A stretch of DNA of 14,041 nt from Sulfurimonas sp. SAG-AH-194-I05 (lineage in GTDB: Bacteria; Campylobacterota; Campylobacteria; Campylobacterales; Sulfurimonadaceae), in assembly GCA_029215955.1 (NCBI GenBank), contig JAEMVA010000044.1:1-14041 (forward strand), in the 5' to 3' direction. Numbering within the stretch: position 1 is the first letter of the stretch; each line of letters begins with the position of its first letter. Shown piece after piece: positions 1 to 6,745 of the stretch. The position numbers and the translations under genes are program-made. The notes below the pieces were generated by a model. That model ran no database searches and was not told the origin of the DNA. It was given only the letters and a program-made list of their open reading frames with translations.

Positions 1-879
1 ATGTGTGTAGACCCTTCTTCCTGCTTTACGAACAAAAGCAAGATGGAGTTTATTGATATAACTCTCGCTGTGTAAATATTTAGTATCATGTCCTAACTGG
101 CATTTAACTACACCTTCTTTGATTGTGCTTTCATCTAGTTCAAATTCACCATCTATACTCTTCGTTAGATACTTGGTAATATCTTCTTCGTAACGATCCA
201 CCATCATTGTTTTGGTATAAAACTCTACAGGTGTCCAACTTCCACTTTTAAACTCTCGTTGTTCAATTTCTGGAAGATAGTGTTCTGTTCTAGTTGCATC
301 ACCTTTTGCCTTATGCGCATTCATCCTATATTTCTCTGCAAACTTTTGTTTCAACATGGAAGTAAGACCAATGTGGCTACGGTCAATAGGAAATGCTTGC
401 TTAAATTTGAAAAAATACGGTTGTATGTAGCGTCCCTTAAAATCCTGTACGAACTCCACAAGTGCAAATATCTCGTCAACATTAGCAACAGATGCAGCAA
501 TATGTGCATGAAGTGCTCCTCCCTCTGGTTGTACTTCCACTACCGCAAAGTATCTGATGTCATGTTTGAACCGCTTGCTTCTCTGCATTCGATAGAGGAA
601 CCCCATTAGGCTGTTGTATTGAGTTTCTGCAACTTCGAGTATCTTTTTCTGCGACATTCGCTGAAAGTTAACACGACTATCTTTTCCAAAAGTCAATGTT
701 ATCATCGCCATATGCCGCCCATCTTCTGCGGCATACCTAGCCATTGCAGAGGCTTTGTTTTTGAGTTGAGCAATTTTCATTTTGCCTCTCTTCTCGCTCC
801 ACTTATCCTTCTGCTCTAGCTGTACCATCGACTCTAGTGCCAGCGCAGTGTCCTGAGTATTTCTTTCTTTTTGTGTCAT
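1..879 (-). CDS. HUH-type rolling-circle replication initiator (Rep), N-terminal 293 aa; the 3' end runs off the left edge of the window
   Basis: Absent from the ORF track because there is no stop inside the window. Hand translation of the reverse strand starts at ATG (complement of 877-879), preceded by GAGAGGAAAATATT, and stays open for all 293 codons to base 1: MTQKERNTQDTALALES...MAMITLTFGKD...EGGALHAHIAASV...EEDITKYLTKSIDG...GRRVYTH. The three classical RCR Rep motifs occur in order. Motif 1 is ITLTF (aa 60-64), motif 2 is HUH as H-A-H-I (aa 124-127, nt 499-510), and motif 3 is Y-x-x-K as YLTK (aa 237-240). The + strand ORFs 259-609 and 619-819 are antisense shadows of this gene. Confidence 0.7.
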   Translation of the reverse strand, partial: MTQKERNTQDTALALESMVQLEQKDKWSEKRGKMKIAQLKNKASAMARYAAEDGRHMAMITLTFGKDSRVNFQRMSQKKILEVAETQYNSLMGFLYRMQRSKRFKHDIRYFAVVEVQPEGGALHAHIAASVANVDEIFALVEFVQDFKGRYIQPYFFKFKQAFPIDRSHIGLTSMLKQKFAEKYRMNAHKAKGDATRTEHYLPEIEQREFKSGSWTPVEFYTKTMMVDRYEEDITKYLTKSIDGEFELDESTIKEGVVKCQLGHDTKYLHSESYINKLHLAFVRKAGRRVYTH

Positions 880-919
880 AATATTTTCCTCTCATGCGAC
901 AATTAATTTTATTTACTTG

Positions 920-946
920 TATCCCAAAGTACACCCTGCTATACCC
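920..946. repeat. Three phased iteron-like direct repeats (TATCCC / TACACCC / TATACCC) in the Rep upstream region
   Basis: TATCCC is at 920-925, TACACCC at 930-936 and TATACCC at 940-946. Each copy starts exactly 10 bp after the previous one, which is one helical turn. The block lies 41-67 bp upstream of the Rep start codon (879, minus strand). The repeats are visible directly; a role as operator or iteron is inference. Confidence 0.35.
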
Positions 947-1046
947 TTCTGGAAAGCGATTTCAGGTGAATTTTTGACATTAAAAATGTGTCCCGCTTGG
1001 GTAGCATTTTTGGTTTTTGGATATTTGATATATCTACTTAGTTGTT

Positions 1047-1370
1047 CTAGTTGTGTTTTACTACTTCTTTTACTGTTTCTGTGAGCATTCGTTTATAGTC
1101 CGTAAGACAGATTATTTCTTGTTTCTCTAACACAAGAGGGTTTACAGAATCCATATTTATTGTTGTAGCTTTGATTGATATATTTGTATTAGTCTCTATT
1201 CTCGAAAGTTCAATGCCGCTGTTGAAATTAGCTAAGCTCGGTAGAACATTTGATTTAAGACTGAGTTGCAGATTCATTAGATATACTGTCGGTCTCTTAA
1301 CTACAACAGTAGCATCAGTAGATGCTGCAACTCTTTTTGTTTCACCTCCATGTAAAATATTTGTTTTCAT
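1047..1370 (-). CDS. Hypothetical protein, 107 aa, no recognisable motif
   Basis: ORF from the track. Its ATG (complement of 1368-1370) lies 2 nt after the stop of the upstream HTH gene (TAATTATG) and has an AAGGTG Shine-Dalgarno-like sequence about 10 nt upstream. It shares strand and packing with the neighbouring Rep and HTH genes. The overlapping + strand ORF 1171-1446 is treated as an antisense shadow. Confidence 0.5.
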   Translation of the reverse strand: MKTNILHGGETKRVAASTDATVVVKRPTVYLMNLQLSLKSNVLPSLANFNSGIELSRIETNTNISIKATTINMDSVNPLVLEKQEIICLTDYKRMLTETVKEVVKHN

Positions 1371-1372
1371 AA

Positions 1373-1577
1373 TTAGGCACCTTTTGATGCAACTCTACCT
1401 GATGCAATTAATACTTCTACATCCGCTCTTTTATAGAGAATCTTAGTAGTACCAGGTAAGACATAATATGGGAGTATTCCATCAGCTCTAAGCTTAGACT
1501 GTAGTCCAGCTTTTATACTGTGTCCATTTTACATCTACGGTTATTGGCTGTTGTGAAATATCTGTTGATTGAGTCAC
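1373..1577 (-). pseudogene. Xis/AlpA-like helix-turn-helix (excisionase-family) gene interrupted by a +1 frameshift
   Basis: On the reverse strand, AAAAGGAGCTACA is followed by GTG (complement of 1575-1577). This opens MTQSTDISQQPITVDVKWTQYKSWTTV and stops at TAA (1494-1496). A second frame is open from 1528 down to the stop at 1373-1375. It has no start codon and encodes ...SIKAGLQSKLRADGILPYYVLPGTTKILYKRADVEVLIASGRVASKGA. That sequence has the excisionase-type layout of an HTH followed by 'LP.Y.(I/L).G....(F/Y)(K/R)..D(L/V)E..(I/L)'. The total span is 205 nt (3n+1). Removing one A from either A4 run on the coding strand (T4 at 1527-1530 or 1511-1514) restores a single ORF of about 67 aa. 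Confidence 0.45.
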
Positions 1578-1682
1578 TGTAGCTCCTTTTGTTTTTGTTA
1601 CAATGATATTATGAACAAAAAAATCTAGAAATAGGAATGAAGTATGAACGATATGATAGAAAAGGGTTAGATTAAGGGGGTA

Positions 1683-2624
1683 CTAAAAATTTGAAGTGTA
1701 TCTATCGAGGTGTAATCTCGCAAATTTATAAAAGTAATGGTCGCATCGTAATTGTAAAATACGAATAGTATATATAGGTAACTTATCATCACCATATGTC
1801 CACTCTAGGAGGATAGAAAAATTGTATTTATTGTAGTCTATTTCATTTATATGGGACTCTATATAAAGAATCTTTTGTTTACCTTGAATCTTTACTGACC
1901 AAGAGAAATTTTTTGCTATGTATTTCATTTGTGCTTTTAAAGCCTTTGTTTCTTCTGATGCAAACAGTTTGTGTACTTCTTGTTTGTAGTGACTATTGGC
2001 TTTGTAATATTTGCATTTTTGCTGATCTGTATTCTCATTGGAACTGATATACTCACTGACATAGTAAGCAAATTTAAGAGAACATTCTGCTCCAAAATTC
2101 TCTTCAAACCAAGCCCTTGCATAGAACTTACATATCGATAGGAATTTAGTATCTTTTAGTGTATGATTTTTACTAAGTCTCTTCTTGGCATCTTGTTCTA
2201 TCTGCTTATCCGTTGTTCTTATAGCATTACCTTGAGTATTTAGTTGTGTAATAATTTCTGCCAGTTCTCTGGAAATTATCGCTTCTTCTTTTATCATTCC
2301 TTTTGAAGGAGAACTCATCTGGTCGTAATCAGATTTAAGTTTTGGATAGAAATAACAAGCCCAGTTCAGAAAATGGAGAAAAGAGATGCTCTGCAACAGT
2401 GATGACTGTTCCAGTTTACTTTCCGAGGGAATAAGTGTTAAAAAGTGAAAAGGCGATGAAGGAGATACATTTTCATACTTAAAGTTTAAGTAGTTTTTAT
2501 TTGGGTTGAACTCATTAGGGTTAATCTTCACATCTCTTATCATTAAAGATGGGTACTCTTTTGAGATCATTGTATTATGTCTTTTTTGGAACAAGTCAAA
2601 GGCTTGGAGTCCTGTTTCTATCAT
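1683..2624 (-). CDS. Hypothetical protein, 313 aa, no recognisable domain; divergent from hsdM
   Basis: Long ORF from the track in very AT-rich DNA; a spot count of 1801-1860 gives 18/60 G+C. A weak TAGGG Shine-Dalgarno-like sequence precedes ATG 2624. No TM segment, nucleotide-binding motif or nuclease motif was found by eye. The internal ORFs 1937-2122 (-) and 2506-2691 (+) are shadows. Confidence 0.6.
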   Translation of the reverse strand: MIETGLQAFDLFQKRHNTMISKEYPSLMIRDVKINPNEFNPNKNYLNFKYENVSPSSPFHFLTLIPSESKLEQSSLLQSISFLHFLNWACYFYPKLKSDYDQMSSPSKGMIKEEAIISRELAEIITQLNTQGNAIRTTDKQIEQDAKKRLSKNHTLKDTKFLSICKFYARAWFEENFGAECSLKFAYYVSEYISSNENTDQQKCKYYKANSHYKQEVHKLFASEETKALKAQMKYIAKNFSWSVKIQGKQKILYIESHINEIDYNKYNFSILLEWTYGDDKLPIYTIRILQLRCDHYFYKFARLHLDRYTSNF

Positions 2625-2666
2625 TACATACCCTACTGTTTTACTATCACTATATTCATATTGCTC

Positions 2667-2675
2667 ATTATATCA
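2667..2675 (-). promoter_or_regulatory. Candidate extended -10 promoter element (TGaTATAAT on the minus strand) for the 313-aa gene
   Basis: The + strand ATTATATCA at 2667-2675 is the reverse complement of TGATATAAT, a perfect TGnTATAAT match. It lies 42 nt upstream of ATG 2624. No convincing -35 element is present. AT-rich DNA produces such matches fairly easily. Confidence 0.35.
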
Positions 2676-2683
2676 TCTTACTT

Positions 2684-2692
2684 TGCTATAAT
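2684..2692 (+). promoter_or_regulatory. Candidate extended -10 promoter element (TGcTATAAT) for the hsdM operon
   Basis: TGCTATAAT at 2684-2692 is a perfect TGnTATAAT match, 24 nt upstream of the hsdM ATG (2717). An AGGA RBS sits at 2707-2710. It stands back-to-back with the minus-strand element at 2667-2675 in the 92-bp divergent intergenic region. Confidence 0.4.
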
Positions 2693-2716
2693 ATAGACAA
2701 ATCAATAGGATAAGCT

Positions 2717-4321
2717 ATGACTGAACAGAAGTTTTTACAAGATTTAGAGAAGAAATTGTGGGCATCGGCGAATACTCTTCGTTCTAACATCTCAGCAGCA
2801 CTCTATAGAGATGTGGTGTTGGGTTTAGTGTTCTTGAAGTATGTATCTGACAGTATGGATGCTAGACGACTAGAGTTAGAAGCAGCGTTTAAAGATCCTC
2901 AAAATGATTACTTTTTAGGTGAAGATGCGGATGAGTCATTCATTAAAGAAGAGTTAGAGACTCGTGACTACTACACAGAGAAAAATGTTTTTTGGGTTCC
3001 AGAGCAGGCACGATGGCAGTATGTGCAAGATTGTGCAGGGCTTACTATTGGTGCAGCTCTTCCACTTGGAGGTGAGTTTAAAGGTTTAGCAAAACTCTTA
3101 GATGACACGATGGATACCATAGAAAAAGCAAATCCTAAACTAAAGAACATCCTAAACAAAGGTTACTCTCGCCTTGACATCGACCCAATTAAGCTTAAGA
3201 AGCTTGTTGTTGAAATTATCTCTACTATTCCATTTAATCATGAGAGCCTAGGCTCAAAGGATATCATCGGGCATATATATGAGTATTTCTTAGGGAAGTT
3301 TGCACTTGAAGAGGGGCAAAATGGTGGGAAATTTTACACACCTAAATCTATAGTCAATCTTATCGTTGAAATGATAGAGCCATACAAAGGACGAGTTTAT
3401 GACCCAGCTATGGGAAGCGGTGGTTTCTTTGTTTCTTCTGAAAAGTTCATTGAAGAGCATAGTGGACGAATCGGAGATATCGCTGTATATGGTCAAGAGT
3501 CAGATCCTACTACTTGGAAGTTAGCTGTGATGAACATGGTTATCCGTGGGATAGACTTTGACTTTGGGAAACAAGCTAGAAGTACATTTACAAATGACCA
3601 ACACCTAGACTTAAGAGCAGACTATGTTCTTGCAAATCCTCCATTTAACCAAGATGAAGATGACTGGTGGGATGCAACTTTAGAGGGTGATGCACGGTGG
3701 AAATATGGAACACCTCCAAAAGGTAATGCCAACTATGCTTGGATACAGCATATGTTACACCATACTAACACGAACGGAGTAGTCGGACTTGTTCTCTCTA
3801 ACGGTTCACTTAGTACAACTTCTGGTGGTGAAGATACAATCCGAAAAGCAATTATCGAAGCAGACTTACTTGAAGCTATAGTAGCTCTTCCTACACAACT
3901 CTTTGGTAACACTCAAATTCCTGCTTGCATATGGATACTTAACAAAAATAAGCCACAAAAGGGCAAAACTCTCTTCATTGATGCTAGAGAAGTTGGGCAT
4001 ATGATAGACCGTAAGCAGAGGGCTTTTGATGTAGCAGACCTAAAGGCTATTGCTGAGACTTTTCACAAGTATAGAACTGGAACTGAGTATGAAGATGTTG
4101 TGGGTGAATACTTCGCTGCAACTACAGAAGATATAGCTAAACAGGATTATATCTTAACACCTGGGCGATATGTAGGTGTAGTAGAAGAGGAAGATGACGG
4201 TGTTCCTTTTGCTGAGAAGATGGGGTTACTTACGGCTACACTTGGAGAACAGTTTGCGGAGTCGGCTCGGTTGGAGAGTGAGATAAAGAAGAACTTATTA
4301 GGGCTTGGGTATGAGTTCTAA
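2717..4321 (+). CDS. hsdM: Type I restriction-modification system, DNA methyltransferase subunit M (N6-adenine)
   Basis: 534-aa ORF. It has an N-terminal HsdM_N-type helix (KLWASANTLRSN). AdoMet-binding motif I is DPAMGSGGF (aa 229-237, nt 3401-3427). Catalytic motif IV is NPPF (aa 307-310, nt 3635-3646). Length and position directly upstream of and overlapping hsdS are typical. Confidence 0.95.
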   Translation: MTEQKFLQDLEKKLWASANTLRSNISAALYRDVVLGLVFLKYVSDSMDARRLELEAAFKDPQNDYFLGEDADESFIKEELETRDYYTEKNVFWVPEQARWQYVQDCAGLTIGAALPLGGEFKGLAKLLDDTMDTIEKANPKLKNILNKGYSRLDIDPIKLKKLVVEIISTIPFNHESLGSKDIIGHIYEYFLGKFALEEGQNGGKFYTPKSIVNLIVEMIEPYKGRVYDPAMGSGGFFVSSEKFIEEHSGRIGDIAVYGQESDPTTWKLAVMNMVIRGIDFDFGKQARSTFTNDQHLDLRADYVLANPPFNQDEDDWWDATLEGDARWKYGTPPKGNANYAWIQHMLHHTNTNGVVGLVLSNGSLSTTSGGEDTIRKAIIEADLLEAIVALPTQLFGNTQIPACIWILNKNKPQKGKTLFIDAREVGHMIDRKQRAFDVADLKAIAETFHKYRTGTEYEDVVGEYFAATTEDIAKQDYILTPGRYVGVVEEEDDGVPFAEKMGLLTATLGEQFAESARLESEIKKNLLGLGYEF

Positions 4322-5672
4322 GTTTACAAATGTAAGATTAGGCGATTGCTGTTCTAAAATAGGTAGTGGTTCAACTCCAAGGGGCGGTAGCAATGTTTAT
4401 CTTGAATCAGGCGAATATGCCTTGTTTCGTAGTCAAAATATATATAACAATGGTTTTGCTACAAATGGTTTAGTGTATATTACTGCTGAAGCTGCAACAA
4501 AACTAAAGAATGTAACAATACTTGAAGATGACATACTGTTGAATATTACTGGTGATTCTGTTGCTAGAGTTTGTATAGCTCCATCAGAATTTTTACCTGC
4601 AAGAGTTAATCAACATGTTGCAATAATTAGAACAGATAGTTTAGAGTTAAATTCAAAGTATACTCGCTACTATTTATCATCATCCTATATGCAAAAAAAT
4701 ATGCTGTCATTAGCTTCCGTAGGAGCCACAAGAAATGCTCTAACAAAAGTAATGATTGAAGATTTTATGATTCCAAAACCACCTCTACAAATCCAGCAAA
4801 AAATAGCCGATATCCTCTCAACCCTAGATGAAAAAATAGAACTCAATCGTAAGATGAACCAAACACTAGAAGAGATGGCTCAGACACTTTTTAAGTCTTG
4901 GTTTGTAGACTTTGACCCTGTACATGCAAAGGCTGGTTGTAAAAGTGATGCAGAACTAGAAAAAGCCGCTACTGAACTTGGCATATCTAAAGAGATACTA
5001 GACCTATTCCCGAGTGAGCTTGAAGAGAATGAGATGGGGATGATTCCGAAGGGCTGGGCAGTTAAAGTCTTATCTGATGTAATTGATTTTCAAAATGGAT
5101 ACTCTTTCAAAAGTAAAGAATTACATAAGGATATTATTAACTCAACTAAAGTCTTTAAGATGGGACATATTCATCGTGGTGGTGGATTTAAGGAAGAAGG
5201 AAAAGACACCTACTTCTACAATATGAATCCTGAAAGAATGAATAAATACCTTCTCAAACAAGGAGATATATTAATGGCAATGACTGATATGAAAGCAAAT
5301 ATGGCTCTTTTAGCTCATACAGCTTTGATGCCACACACTAACAGATATTTACTAAACCAAAGAGCGGGAAGACTAAGAGTTAAAGATTCATCTATTTTAA
5401 ATTATCCATATGTATATATATTTTCTAATCATCCTAGCACAATTCAGGACTTAAGAAGTAGGTCAAACAGTGGGGTACAAGTGAATTTAACAACTATAGC
5501 TATATTAGATACAAAAATAATAGTTCCAGCTCCCAATATTCATGTAATATTTGATGAAATGGTACTGTCGTTGTTTAATAAATTATTTGTGAATAATAAA
5601 GAAATTATTAATTTACAGAAAACAAGAGATACACTCCTCCCGAAACTATTGTCAGGAGAGGTGGAAGTATAG
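4311..5672 (+). CDS. hsdS: Type I restriction-modification system, specificity subunit S
   Basis: This has the hallmark HsdS layout. Variable target-recognition domain 1 (about aa 10-150, ...RLGDCCSKIGSGSTP...) is followed by a conserved central helix (...QQKIADILSTLDEKIELNRKMNQTLEEMAQTLFKSWFVDFDPV...). A linker (...LFPSELEENEMGMIPKGW) leads into variable domain 2, then the second conserved helix (...LQKTRDTLLPKLLSGEVEV). I prefer ATG 4311 (MSSKFTNV...) to the TTG at 4305 used by the ORF track. Either start overlaps the hsdM stop (4319-4321). Confidence 0.9.
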   Translation: MSSKFTNVRLGDCCSKIGSGSTPRGGSNVYLESGEYALFRSQNIYNNGFATNGLVYITAEAATKLKNVTILEDDILLNITGDSVARVCIAPSEFLPARVNQHVAIIRTDSLELNSKYTRYYLSSSYMQKNMLSLASVGATRNALTKVMIEDFMIPKPPLQIQQKIADILSTLDEKIELNRKMNQTLEEMAQTLFKSWFVDFDPVHAKAGCKSDAELEKAATELGISKEILDLFPSELEENEMGMIPKGWAVKVLSDVIDFQNGYSFKSKELHKDIINSTKVFKMGHIHRGGGFKEEGKDTYFYNMNPERMNKYLLKQGDILMAMTDMKANMALLAHTALMPHTNRYLLNQRAGRLRVKDSSILNYPYVYIFSNHPSTIQDLRSRSNSGVQVNLTTIAILDTKIIVPAPNIHVIFDEMVLSLFNKLFVNNKEIINLQKTRDTLLPKLLSGEVEV

Positions 5673-5674
5673 CT

Positions 5675-6745
5675 ATGTATGACCCTACTGCAAACTTATT
5701 TGAATCATTAGATCCAATGCGTAAATTTAATGAAGATATGAAAAGAATCACCGACCCTATGTATGAGATAAACAAGGCTCTTGACCCAATGCATTCTATA
5801 AACGAAAGTTTGACATTAGCAACACAACCTCTAGTAGATTCTATTTCTGAATTTCAAAAGCGAATGGAATATATATATGATCCAATGAAAAAAATCAATG
5901 AGCATATGGAGTCGATGTTTGACCCATTTAAGAAGATTCAAGAGCAGATGGATTCATTATATTCACTTCCAGACTTGAGCTTTGAAAACCCTTCAATAAA
6001 AGCAGTCCAACAATTACAAGACAGTCTAAATCTTGCTCTAGGCTCAACATCTCTACACAAGTATAATGATTTGGTTTCTAGCCAAATGGAATCTTATAAA
6101 AAGATGGAGAAAGCTCTCTCATCTGCTGCTTCTTCGGTAATTCAAAATCCCTTCCGTTCAGTAGATAGTGTTATAGAAAAAATACTCGAACGAGAAAATG
6201 TAATACAAGCAGCAACACAGAACCCTACACCTGATGATGCCCTAGCAGAGTTTACATCAATGAAAGATGAGATACTAGAATCATTAGATGGTCATCACCT
6301 TAAAGTTGAAGAGCAGTTAGAAAAGATTTATATACTACTAGAGAGCCTAAAAAACCCTTTATTATTAGCTTTCTTTGTGTCTTTTATCTTTCCAATTATT
6401 ATAAATAATATATCTAATGCTATATATGACAATGTTGTTAAACCTGCCATCGCAAGCTCTAGGGCTACCAAAGTTCAACTAAAGAAAGAAGTAAATCGCA
6501 ATGTTAAATCTGTATTGAGTCATTCTGGAGTAATTGGAAACTATCGTATAGTGTCAGTTAACACACTAAATGTGAGAAAGAATCACTCCACTAAGTCAAA
6601 AATAATTGGATATACCTTTTTCGGTGAGGTGGTTGAAATTATAGAGAAGAAACGGAATTGGTGTTTGATTAAACGATATGACTCTGAAAGTGAAACATAT
6701 GTACAAGGCTGGGTATTTACTAGATACTTGGGAAGGATAACATAA
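5675..6745 (+). CDS. Membrane protein of unknown function: N-terminal 'DPM' repeat region, one TM helix, C-terminal SH3b-like domain (356 aa)
   Basis: The ATG lies 2 nt after the hsdS stop (TAG 5670-5672), downstream of GGAGAGGTGGAAG. About aa 1-95 carry repeated DP[MF]xx[IF][NQ]E units. A hydrophobic segment PLLLAFFVSFIFPIIINNISNAIY spans aa 228-251 (nt 6356-6427). The C-terminus is YRIVSVNTLNVRKNHSTKSKIIGYTFFGEVVEIIEKKRNWCLIKRYDSESETYVQGWVFTRYL (aa 290-352). It fits the bacterial SH3 (SH3_3) pattern 'LNVR...s..skvig.l..Ge.v.v.....nW..v......GWv...yl'. Confidence 0.8.
   Translation: MYDPTANLFESLDPMRKFNEDMKRITDPMYEINKALDPMHSINESLTLATQPLVDSISEFQKRMEYIYDPMKKINEHMESMFDPFKKIQEQMDSLYSLPDLSFENPSIKAVQQLQDSLNLALGSTSLHKYNDLVSSQMESYKKMEKALSSAASSVIQNPFRSVDSVIEKILERENVIQAATQNPTPDDALAEFTSMKDEILESLDGHHLKVEEQLEKIYILLESLKNPLLLAFFVSFIFPIIINNISNAIYDNVVKPAIASSRATKVQLKKEVNRNVKSVLSHSGVIGNYRIVSVNTLNVRKNHSTKSKIIGYTFFGEVVEIIEKKRNWCLIKRYDSESETYVQGWVFTRYLGRIT
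5681..5959 (+). repeat. In-frame coding repeats: six or seven Asp-Pro-initiated units inside ORF 5675-6745
   Basis: DP (or QP) dipeptides start at aa 3, 13, 27, 37, (51), 69 and 83. The units are DPTANLFESL / DPMRKFNEDMKRIT / DPMYEINKAL / DPMHSINESLTLAT / (QPLVDSISEF...) / DPMKKINEHMESMF / DPFKKIQEQMDSL. Spacing alternates between 10 and 14 residues, which gives a 24-residue super-repeat. At DNA level a GAYCCNATG motif recurs. Confidence 0.7.

Noticed and set aside
259-819. Plus-strand ORFs 259-609 (116 aa) and 619-819 (66 aa)
   Set aside because: They lie antisense to the much longer HUH Rep reading frame (1-879, minus). Their products are Cys/Phe-rich with no motifs and no RBS. They are typical shadow ORFs in AT-rich DNA.
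1025-1031. TTGATAT, resembling the CTTGATA / ACTTGATATTA nick-site core of pC194-type and phiX174-type rolling-circle origins
   Set aside because: This is a 7-nt AT-rich match that is expected by chance. It is on the strand opposite to the Rep coding strand and is not placed in a hairpin loop. It is not sufficient to call an origin.
1171-1446. Plus-strand ORF of 91 aa overlapping the 107-aa gene and the Xis-like gene
   Set aside because: It lies antisense to two tightly coupled minus-strand genes, has no RBS, and has a hydrophobic low-complexity composition. It is a shadow ORF.
1602-1609. AATGATAT at 1602-1609 and again at 12327-12334, bracketing the cargo region, as possible target-site duplication or att-like repeats
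   Set aside because: Only 8 bp match, with mismatches on both sides. An AT-rich 8-mer is expected to recur by chance about once in a 14-kb AT-rich window.
2971-3496. Minus-strand ORFs 2971-3159 and 3290-3496 inside hsdM. The same kind occurs inside the other large genes: 1937-2122, 2506-2691, 6975-7157, 8386-8586, 8498-8713, 9416-9598, 9690-9941, 12841-13044 and 13146-13520
   Set aside because: All are short, overlap confidently assigned genes in other frames or on the other strand, and show no motifs or translation signals.
4311-5672. Possible phase-variable or shufflable hsdS
   Set aside because: There is no second hsdS copy or inverted hsdS fragment. There is no adjacent recombinase. There are no long homopolymer or short tandem repeats in hsdM, hsdS or hsdR; the longest runs seen are A7 at about 4693-4699 and about 9566-9572. 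The linker ...LFPSELEENEMGMIPKGW is a normal feature of this HsdS type.
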